DNA from: an uncultured delta proteobacterium
GTDB taxonomy: Bacteria; Myxococcota_A; UBA9160; UBA4427
DNA length: 64,000 nt
NCBI GenBank assembly: GCA_963822965.1
Contig: CAWGJT010000006.1
Span: 904,609 to 968,608 of the forward strand
Reading direction: 5' to 3'
The number at the start of each line of letters is the position of its first letter. Within the stretch, counting starts at the first letter, position 1. This document shows, one piece after another, positions 48,442 to 56,377 of the stretch. The notes under the pieces were generated by a model that saw nothing but the letters and a program-made list of their open reading frames with translations, made no database searches and was not told the origin of the DNA. Both the position numbers and the translations under genes were made by a program.

Positions 48442-49811
48442 TAGACGGCACCGATCTCGAAGACGTTGGGGTGTCGTCTTCGGGCGCGCACGGCGCCGAA
48501 CCGGCCGAGCAGCTCGCCGTAGCTCGCGATGCGCGCCTGGACTTCCGCGAGGGTCGCCCCCGGGAACATGTGCCGCAGGAAGACGCGGTTGTTGTGGTGA
48601 CCCGGCAGGTAGGCCTCGATCCGCTGCAAGAGCCCGCGGCCGTGGGCCACGGTCCGCGCCGCCAGCCGCCCGGGGAGCGGAGGCAGCGGCCCCAGGCCGG
48701 GATCCTCCGCGAAGGCCTCGAGCATGCCCACGATGCGCTCCGACGCGAAGGGCCCCGAGCGGGCCGCGACGTACTGGTCGATCAGCTCCTCCTGCTTGGC
48801 GACCTCCGTCGGATCCCGACGCAGGCGGCCCTCGAGCTGGGCGCGCACCGCGTCGACCAGCGAGCCCACGTCGAAGGAGCGGTGGCTCAGCAGGTTCGGC
48901 AGCTGAAGATCGAAGTCTTCCGAGGTGACGGGCTGGTAGGCGATGGCGGGAGAGCCCAGCAGGTACGACTCCACGGCGGTCTGGCAGCCGTTGTGGATCA
49001 GCACCTCGGATGCGATCAGCCAGGGCACGACGTTGCCCTCGTGCACCACCTGCACGTTGCCCAGGTCTCGGACGAGCTCGCGCCAGGTGTCCTGTCGCTC
49101 GGATGGATGCGGTCGCACCACGATGGTGTGCTCCGGGCAGGCCCGGGCGACCGCGGGAACCATCTCGAGGAAGTGCTCGTACAGGCGGGCCTTGTGGGCG
49201 GCGAGGCCCCGGCCGAGGTCCACGCCCGCCACGGGCGGACCCGACTCGAGCGCCCGACGCTGGCGGCTCTGGCCCGGGAAGTAGTGGTTCAGCCGGCTGA
49301 AGTTGGTGTTGATGAGCACGAAGGGCCCGAAGCGCTGGCGGATGCGCTCGACGGCGGCCGAGAACAGGGGCCGCAGCTCGGGTCGCAGCAGGTCCATGCG
49401 GGCGTTTCCGGTGACGTGGATCGGCGCGCCGTGGTAGCCGGCGAAGTTCCGCCAGAGCTGCTCGTTCTCGGGCCCCCAGGCCAGCAGGGCGCGCGCCTTT
49501 CGCAGGGTGGCGGCCGCCACCTTGTGGTGCAGATAGGAGTCGGGCGACGCGTAGACGAGCGCCTCCTCGTCCCCGCACACCACCGCATGACCCAGTCGGT
49601 CGAGCAGCTCGTAGTTGAGCAGGTTGCGCTTCGTGAGGCTCTTCGAGACGAAGATCGAGCGGGGCAGCGAGGCGATCCGCTTGTTGATCTCCTTCTTGGA
49701 GCCGACGATCACCTCGAAGCCGCGCTCCGCCGCGAAGCAGGCGAGCAGGAGCTTGGCGTCGAACTCCCGGGCCTGCGTCTCGCAGGGAATGACGAGCACC
49801 TCGGCGTTCAT
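48441..49811 (-). CDS. Surface carbohydrate biosynthesis protein (TIGR04396-like; putative glycosyltransferase)
   Basis: ETQAREFDAKLLLA, DEEAL, TGNARMDLLRP, LINTNF, VRPHPSE, HNGCQTAVES. Confidence 0.8.
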   Translation of the reverse strand: MNAEVLVIPCETQAREFDAKLLLACFAAERGFEVIVGSKKEINKRIASLPRSIFVSKSLTKRNLLNYELLDRLGHAVVCGDEEALVYASPDSYLHHKVAAATLRKARALLAWGPENEQLWRNFAGYHGAPIHVTGNARMDLLRPELRPLFSAAVERIRQRFGPFVLINTNFSRLNHYFPGQSRQRRALESGPPVAGVDLGRGLAAHKARLYEHFLEMVPAVARACPEHTIVVRPHPSERQDTWRELVRDLGNVQVVHEGNVVPWLIASEVLIHNGCQTAVESYLLGSPAIAYQPVTSEDFDLQLPNLLSHRSFDVGSLVDAVRAQLEGRLRRDPTEVAKQEELIDQYVAARSGPFASERIVGMLEAFAEDPGLGPLPPLPGRLAARTVAHGRGLLQRIEAYLPGHHNNRVFLRHMFPGATLAEVQARIASYGELLGRFGAVRARRRHPNVFEIGAV

Positions 49812-49869
49812 CGTCGTCCTCGATCGGCGCCTGCGACGAAACACCCCGCAGGGAAGGGTCGAATGTAGC

Positions 49870-50760
49870 TCACGCGCCTTCCGCCGGGGCCGGCGGCGGC
49901 TCCGCAGGGGAGCCCGCGCCGTACCCGAAGAACGGGTCGAGCCGGCTCCGGACCAGCGCCTCCATCCGCCCCGCCTGCTCGTCGTCGAAGTAGTCGAGGT
50001 AGCCGCCCACCTTCCCGCGCCGGACCTTGAACGAGTCGGGATCTCCGGGATCGCCAGGCGTGAGCCGCGAGTTCTTGAAGAAGTTCTGGCGCTCGAGCTC
50101 CTTCAGGTTCTCGAAGGCCGCGAACTCCACGGCCGCACTCACCTCGTCCTTGGAGAAGGGGGCCTCCAGGAAGTCCACGATCGACCCCAGCAGCTCCACC
50201 GGCCGACGCCGGATGTCCTCGTAGCGAACCACCAGGGCGCTCGGGTGGCCGGTGATCACGGGCGCCCAGCCGTTCAGGTAGTCGACGATGGCCGGCAGCC
50301 CCACCGGCGAGTGCATCACGAAGTCGAACATGGAGGCGTTCCGATCCACCCCGTGTAGCTCCACCTTGTGAGCGCTCGCCCGCCGGGTGCTCTGGAAGTA
50401 CTCAGAGACCGCCACGTCGCAGGGGTTACGGACCAGGAAGAGGAGCTTCCGGGACCCGAAGGCCCGGGCCCAGCGGGGCTGTGCGAAGCGTTCCCGCAGG
50501 TAGTGCCCGTGCGTGAAGTAGATGACCGGTACCCGGGCTTCCTGGCGATGGAAGTTGTCGAACTCGATCAGCTGGGCCTCGGGCAGCCCGTAGTGCTGCT
50601 GGTAGAGCCGGGACAGCATGGCGCGAAGCCAGGTGCGGCCGCTCTTGGCCCTCGAGAGCACCATCACGTCGCAGGCGAGCGCGTCGTGCGACTCGCGCCA
50701 CGCGCGGTAGCGGTGCGAAACCCAGATACGAGCCGACTTGGGAACGAGCGACAGCGCCAA
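49870..50760 (-). CDS. PAPS-dependent sulfotransferase
   Basis: SRAKSGRTW (5'-PSB), RNPCDVAVS (3'-PB), RYED, KVRRGKVGGY. Confidence 0.9.
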   Translation of the reverse strand: MALSLVPKSARIWVSHRYRAWRESHDALACDVMVLSRAKSGRTWLRAMLSRLYQQHYGLPEAQLIEFDNFHRQEARVPVIYFTHGHYLRERFAQPRWARAFGSRKLLFLVRNPCDVAVSEYFQSTRRASAHKVELHGVDRNASMFDFVMHSPVGLPAIVDYLNGWAPVITGHPSALVVRYEDIRRRPVELLGSIVDFLEAPFSKDEVSAAVEFAAFENLKELERQNFFKNSRLTPGDPGDPDSFKVRRGKVGGYLDYFDDEQAGRMEALVRSRLDPFFGYGAGSPAEPPPAPAEGA

Positions 50761-50847
50761 CGGAAGACCTCATCGGGCCCCGACTCACGGGAGCCGGGCG
50801 GGGAGTGCGCACGGGAGCCGGACGTCGCTCCGCGGACGCGATGCGCG

Positions 50848-52344
50848 CTACCAGCTCTCCAGGATCGTCTTGCGCTGCATCGGATCGAGCTCGCGGATGC
50901 GCGGATCCTCGTAGTACGAATCCCCGACGATGTGGGTCGTCGAGATCTCCTGGATGATGGCGCCGCCCACGGAGCTGAACCCATGCACGTCGCCCCGCTG
51001 CACGAGCAGGGAATCGCCCGGCGTGAGGGCGATCTTCTCGCCGTTGAGCTCCACCTCCACGTCCCCCCACAGCAGCCGGAAGGTCTCCTCCTTGCGCTTG
51101 TGGTGGTGCAGCGGGTGGCGCTGGCTCGGCAGCACGATCAGCAGCTTCTCCGCGTACTCCCGGTTGACCAGGTTGACGAGGATGCAGCCCGTCTGCCGGA
51201 AGCTCTCCAGGCCGTAGTGGTGGGAGATCTCGATGGGGTAGTCGTCTCCGAGGACGATACCGGCCTCGAAGATCTGCCCCTTGGCGTCGTGGAGGATGCC
51301 GCGGAGCTGTCGGATCTTGTCCGAGGCGGGCTTCTCGAAGACCGCCTCGTTGACGTTGTAGTCGCGGCTGGCCGTGAAGCGCGCCCGCAGGTGGCCGAAG
51401 TGGCCGCTGGTGAGCTGGCCCGGCTGGCAGGGCATGGCGAAGAACACGTCCCCGGGCTCGATCGTCTGCCCCTTGCGCAACGGCTTCTTGGCGAAGACGC
51501 CCCGCTGGAGGGACAGCAGCGAGTCCAGCTCGTCCTGGCTCACGTGCTTGCTCTGGTCGGGGCCGCAGATGGCTCGGGACCGCTCCGCGGCCAGCACCCA
51601 CTGCTCCATCTCGGCCGGATTCATCGAGTAGGCGTTGAGCTTGATGGTCTCGGTGGGAACCCCCACGTGCCGTTCGAGCAGCCGGGCACCCTTGGCGATG
51701 GCGGCCACCGCCACCTCGGTGTTGGTCGGGGCCTCGTGGCCCGAATAGCCCACCCGCACGTAGGGATAGCGGCGGATCATCTTCTCCATGAAGTTGAGCG
51801 CCACCTGCTCGTTGGGTGTCGGGTAGAGCGACACGCAGTGCATCAGGGCGAAGGACGGCACGCGCTTGCGGAAGAAGCTGACCAGGTTGTCGATGTCGAA
51901 GATGCCGAGCCCGCCGGTGGAGGCGATCACGGGCTTGCGGGCGCCGGCGATGGCCTCGAGCAGGGGCCAGTCGGTGGCCGAGCAGCTCGCGACCTTGATG
52001 ACCTGGATGCCCAGGTCGAGACAGGTTCCGACCGAGACCTCGTCGAAGGGGGTCGCCACCGGGACGAGCCCCGCCTCCCGGATGGCGTCCGTCAGCTCGC
52101 GGAACTGGTCCTTCTCGAGCCGGGTGGCCTCGAATCGGGGCAGGTGGGCCACGTCCTGGCGACCCCGGAAGTCGCCATGGATGAACGTGTCGAGGTCGCG
52201 GAACTGGAGCTTCACCGCGGCCTTGATCTTGTGCGTCCGGGCCAGACGGGCGACGGCGTCGATGATGGCCAGGCCGTGCTCGACGCTGCCCTGATGGTTG
52301 TTGGCCATCTCGAAGATGTAGAGATCGTCGAGCAGATCGTTCAT
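50848..52344 (-). CDS. NeuB-family nonulosonate synthase with SAF and C-terminal D-lyxose/D-mannose isomerase-like cupin domains
   Basis: FEMANNHQG, VKLQ, TPFDE, KVASC, MHCVSLYPT, GYSGHE, ERH; tail YAEKLL...HHHKRKEETF...HGF...EIST...DPRI. Confidence 0.9.
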   Translation of the reverse strand: MNDLLDDLYIFEMANNHQGSVEHGLAIIDAVARLARTHKIKAAVKLQFRDLDTFIHGDFRGRQDVAHLPRFEATRLEKDQFRELTDAIREAGLVPVATPFDEVSVGTCLDLGIQVIKVASCSATDWPLLEAIAGARKPVIASTGGLGIFDIDNLVSFFRKRVPSFALMHCVSLYPTPNEQVALNFMEKMIRRYPYVRVGYSGHEAPTNTEVAVAAIAKGARLLERHVGVPTETIKLNAYSMNPAEMEQWVLAAERSRAICGPDQSKHVSQDELDSLLSLQRGVFAKKPLRKGQTIEPGDVFFAMPCQPGQLTSGHFGHLRARFTASRDYNVNEAVFEKPASDKIRQLRGILHDAKGQIFEAGIVLGDDYPIEISHHYGLESFRQTGCILVNLVNREYAEKLLIVLPSQRHPLHHHKRKEETFRLLWGDVEVELNGEKIALTPGDSLLVQRGDVHGFSSVGGAIIQEISTTHIVGDSYYEDPRIRELDPMQRKTILESW

Positions 52345-52728
52345 CACGCTCTCCGGTGCGGGCGCAACCACGGCCTACCGGCCCGCGCAGCCTGGTGCAG
52401 CCCCACACGCCGGGCCTCCCGCGACGGCAAGGCGAGAGTTCGATGGCAGTTGCGTGATGGAGATGCGGGTAGCAGCGGGATGAGGGGTAGCAGGCGGGCC
52501 GGACGCCAGTCAACCGGATCCCGCGGGGAAGCGAGTCGTTCCTCTCGTCCGCCCGTGGCCCCCTCTGAGCCGACCCGAAGGGCCCTCTGGCCCCCCGGGT
52601 CGGACCTGCCGGCGCTTGCGTCTCGACTGCCGCAATCGGCGCGGGTATCCTGCGCGGCTCTCCACGCCCCTCGCGGGCCGACCAGAAGGATTCGCCCACC
52701 CGGGCTCCCCTATTCCTGGAGTGCGAAA

Positions 52729-55176
52729 GTGTCGAGAGGTCGCGCGCTATCCCCGCAACGCGCCATCCCCGAGGCCATCGTGCTCGGCGTCCGTCCGGGC
52801 GTCGAGCCGAGCGAGAAGCCCCCGGTCCGCATCTTCCTGGGCACCGAGCCGTCCCAGTATCGTGCCGAGCGGGTCTTCCTGTGGTCGATCGAGCAGGTCC
52901 GGGATCCCGCCCGGGTCTACGAGATCCACCTCATGAAGAACCTCGCGGGCTTCCGGAACCTCCTCTGGAACACCGGCTTCACCAACTATCGCTTCGCGAT
53001 CCCGCACTTCGCCGGCTATCGCGGGCGGGCCATCTACAACGACGTCGACCAGGTCTACCTCGCCGATCCGGCGGAGCTGTTCGACCTCGACCTCGGCCCG
53101 CACGGCTATCTCGCGGTGAGCGAGACCGATACCTCCGTGATGCTGATGGACTGCGAGAAGATGGGCCGCTTCTGGAGCCTTCCGGCCGCGCGCCGGCGCC
53201 GGAAGTACGGCCTGATCAACGCGGCGCGCTCCGTCCCGGGGACCTACGGGGTGTTGCCGCCCGAGTGGAACGCGCGAGACGAGGAGCACGTCGCCGGCCG
53301 GAGCAAGCTCCTGCACTACACCACGCTCCACAAGCAGCCGTGGCGTCCCTTTCCCGAGCGCTTCTACTACCAGCCCAACTCCGTGGGCGAGCTGTGGTTC
53401 GAGATGGAGCGCGCCGCCGATGCGGCGGGCTACCAGCCCTACCCCGGCGGCAGCGAGGCTTCCGCCATCGACCCGCCCCGCCTTCACGCGACCGGCGGCT
53501 CGCTGCTCGACGAGTCCATCCGCGACACGGTCGAGCGGACCGGCGCCCGGACCGTGCTCGAGGTCGTCCCCGGCGCCTACGGGCTCGAGCCCGGGAGGCC
53601 GTCGGCGTGGGGCTCCGAGATCTGCGACCGCATCGGACTCACCGCTCTTCCGGGGGTCCGGGGCATCCACGACGGCGTGGTCTGCCGGGCCCGCCTCGAT
53701 CAGGTCCCTCCGGAGGCCCTGCCGCGGGTGATCGACGACCTCTTTCGCCACGCCCGTCGCTTCGTGTTCGCGGCGGTGCGCTGCGACCCGCCCGCCCGGC
53801 GCCGCTACCTGCACTCGCCGCGGGGAACCATCCATCAGCCCGCCTGGTGGGAGTGGCTCTTCCGGACGGCGGCCGCCCGCTACCCGGACGTCCACTGGCG
53901 GGTCGCGGTCACGCGCTCCCGCGGCGCAGGACGGCCGGTCGCATTCGAGGGGCCCGGGGTGGAGTTCGTGCACGGCGGCTCCTTCCCCGGCGCAAGCCGC
54001 GGTCGACTCCCGCGGGTCTGGGTGCTGACCGACCACAAGCCCGGCCACACGACCCAGTCCGAAGGGCTCGCGCGTCAGCTGGGATGGCCGTACGAGCGCA
54101 TCGATCTCGAATTCAATGTCCTCGAGGAGCTTCCCAACGCCTGGACCCGCGGTACCCGTCGCACGCTCACGCCCGCGAGCAGCCGGCGACTGGCCCCGCC
54201 CTGGCCGGACCTGGTCCTCGCCACGGGCCGGCGGACGGCCCCCATCGCGAGCTGGATCCGGAAGCAGTCGCGGGGGCTCGCCCGCACGGTGCAGATGGGC
54301 CGGATCGGCGCCTTCGAACGCGACGTATTCGACCTCGCCGTGGCGCCCGCGTACGCGTGCCTGTACCCCGACCCCCGCCGCATCGACACGGCGGCTCCGG
54401 TGACGCGGGTCTCGCCCGCCGCCCTCGAGCGCGCCGCGGTCCAGTGGGGGCCCGAGTTCGCCTCGGCGCCGACCCCCCGGCTGGCGCTGCTCGTGGGGGG
54501 CAAGGATCCCGAGCACGAGCTGCGATCCAGCCAGGCGGCCCGGCTCGGCGAGGCCATCGCCGAGCTGGCGGCCCGGGAGGGTGGATCCGTGCTGGCCACG
54601 ACCAGCCGGCGTACCCCGCGCCGTGCGGCAGACGCCCTCGAGCGGTCACTCGGCGACGTGTGCGCCCACTTCCACCGCTGGGATCAGAGCCGGTCGGCCA
54701 ACGAGAACCCCTACATGGGATACCTGGCGCTGGCGGACGCCCTCGTGGTGACGGGAGAGAGCGCCTCGATGCTCGCCGAGGCCTGCGCGACCGGGAAGCC
54801 GGTCTACATCTACCCCCTGGCCGAGCGCTCTCCGGGTCCCAAGAACTGGGCGTTGCGAGCCGAACGCTGGCTGGCGGACCTGGTGACGGCCCGGGCCTAC
54901 GCGCGGCCTGTCAATCGCCGCGGCATCGAGCGCCCCCAGCGGGGCCTCGAGCTTCTCTGCGCGAAGCTCCTGGCACGGGGCTTCGTCCGCACCAGCGGGC
55001 ACAGCCGGCGCCTCCACGAGGTGCTGGTCGAGCGAGGCCTGGCCCGCATCTTCGACGGCAAGCTGGCTCCGGTCCCGTCGGACCAGCTGAGCGACGTCGA
55101 GCTCGTGGCGGACCGGGTGCGCGAGTGCATGGGGATGGCGCGGGAGGGACGGCGCCCCCCGACTTCCTGGCTCTGA
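52729..55176 (+). CDS. Multidomain protein: GT-A (GT8-like) glycosyltransferase, methyltransferase-like segment and ELM1/GtrOC1-family domain
   Basis: TGFTNYRF, AIYNDVDQ, TSVMLMDC, PPEWN, LLHYT; then WVLTDHKPGHTTQSEGLA, PWPDLV, TTSRRTP, NPYMGYLA, VTGESASMLAEAC; start GTG at 52729 is tentative. Confidence 0.82.
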   Translation: MSRGRALSPQRAIPEAIVLGVRPGVEPSEKPPVRIFLGTEPSQYRAERVFLWSIEQVRDPARVYEIHLMKNLAGFRNLLWNTGFTNYRFAIPHFAGYRGRAIYNDVDQVYLADPAELFDLDLGPHGYLAVSETDTSVMLMDCEKMGRFWSLPAARRRRKYGLINAARSVPGTYGVLPPEWNARDEEHVAGRSKLLHYTTLHKQPWRPFPERFYYQPNSVGELWFEMERAADAAGYQPYPGGSEASAIDPPRLHATGGSLLDESIRDTVERTGARTVLEVVPGAYGLEPGRPSAWGSEICDRIGLTALPGVRGIHDGVVCRARLDQVPPEALPRVIDDLFRHARRFVFAAVRCDPPARRRYLHSPRGTIHQPAWWEWLFRTAAARYPDVHWRVAVTRSRGAGRPVAFEGPGVEFVHGGSFPGASRGRLPRVWVLTDHKPGHTTQSEGLARQLGWPYERIDLEFNVLEELPNAWTRGTRRTLTPASSRRLAPPWPDLVLATGRRTAPIASWIRKQSRGLARTVQMGRIGAFERDVFDLAVAPAYACLYPDPRRIDTAAPVTRVSPAALERAAVQWGPEFASAPTPRLALLVGGKDPEHELRSSQAARLGEAIAELAAREGGSVLATTSRRTPRRAADALERSLGDVCAHFHRWDQSRSANENPYMGYLALADALVVTGESASMLAEACATGKPVYIYPLAERSPGPKNWALRAERWLADLVTARAYARPVNRRGIERPQRGLELLCAKLLARGFVRTSGHSRRLHEVLVERGLARIFDGKLAPVPSDQLSDVELVADRVRECMGMAREGRRPPTSWL

Positions 55177-55177
55177 G

Positions 55178-55228
55178 CGGGGCTTCCGCCTCTCCGGCCT
55201 CCGGGGCTTCCGCCTCTCCGGTCTCCGG
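55178..55228. repeat. 24-bp tandem duplication between convergent genes
   Basis: CGGGGCTTCCGCCTCTCCGG(C/T)CTC at 55178 and 55202. Confidence 0.85.
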
Positions 55229-55235
55229 AACCGTC

Positions 55236-56186
55236 TCAGAGGGCCGCGAGCTTGCGGACCGGATCGCTGCCGCCGCCGTATCCGTAGGCGTCCGCCAGCC
55301 GCGATTCGATCGTCTCGTCCACCCAGGCCACCTGCTCGGGCGTGAGATCGTCCCGGTAGCCGGCCACCTTGCCCCGGCGCACCTTGAGGGTCTCGGGGTC
55401 GCTCGCGTTGCGCAGGGTGAGCGAGCGGTTGTCGAAGTAGCCGCTGCGCTCCTTCTCACGGAGCTTCTCGAAGGAGGCGAAGTCGACCGCATCGGCGATG
55501 TGCTCGGGCCCGAAGGAGCCCCCCAGGAAGGACCCGATCCGTTCGAGCTGACCGGCGGTGTCCGCCCGCAGGTCCTCGTAGCGGACCACCAGGGTGTGGG
55601 GCAGCTGCTGGATGTTCCGGTGCCAGTAGTTGTAGTAGTCGATCACCGCCGGCAGACCGATCTCCGGGTGCTGGATGAACGACCAGCGATCGATGGTGTC
55701 ACGGTCGATGGGGTCGTCCATCTCCGCGAGCATCAGCTCGCGCTTGAAGGCGCTCGTGCGCTTCGTGAACTGGATGTACCAGGAGACGACGATGTCTCCC
55801 GGGTGTCTCGTCAGCAGCAGGAGCTTCTTCTCCCGCAGCTCGGGGTCGGTCACCACCCGGTCTCCCCAGCCGCGCTCCCAGCTGAGGTAGCCGCTGCTGG
55901 ACAGGAACACCGGCACCCGCGCCTCGAGGCTGTGCAGCTCGTCGGTGCGCACGACCCGCTGGGAGGGCAGCCCGTAGCGGGCTGCGTACAGCCGTGTGAT
56001 GAGCACCCGGAGCCAGGTGCCGCCGGTCTTCGGGTGTCGCACCAACGCGCAGTCCGCCCGATGGGCCTGGCGCAGCTGCAGGTCCAGCAGCATCCGGTAG
56101 CGGGCGCGAACCCGCAGGCGGCTCGGCAGCGGAGCCGTCGAGCCGAGGATGAGACTCCGCAGCATGCGGTCCCTGCTGAACGCCAT
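55236..56186 (-). CDS. PAPS-dependent sulfotransferase (paralog of 49870..50760)
   Basis: ATG at 56186; RHPKTGGTW, RHPGDIVVS, RYED, KVRRGKVAGY. Confidence 0.9.
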   Translation of the reverse strand: MAFSRDRMLRSLILGSTAPLPSRLRVRARYRMLLDLQLRQAHRADCALVRHPKTGGTWLRVLITRLYAARYGLPSQRVVRTDELHSLEARVPVFLSSSGYLSWERGWGDRVVTDPELREKKLLLLTRHPGDIVVSWYIQFTKRTSAFKRELMLAEMDDPIDRDTIDRWSFIQHPEIGLPAVIDYYNYWHRNIQQLPHTLVVRYEDLRADTAGQLERIGSFLGGSFGPEHIADAVDFASFEKLREKERSGYFDNRSLTLRNASDPETLKVRRGKVAGYRDDLTPEQVAWVDETIESRLADAYGYGGGSDPVRKLAAL

Positions 56187-56377
56187 GGTCTGCCCCGGGA
56201 GAAGTCGGAAGGGGCGACAGAGAAACAGATCCCCGGGCGGGCCGCCAGCGTCGGCCCGGCTGACGGTGCCCGCGGGGTGTCCGTAGGCGGGCAGCCGTCC
56301 GGGGAGGCCTCCCAAGAGGACAACGCACAGCGTTGTCCTCGGGTTGCAAGTCGGCGCCCCAGCGGGGCGCTGACCGC

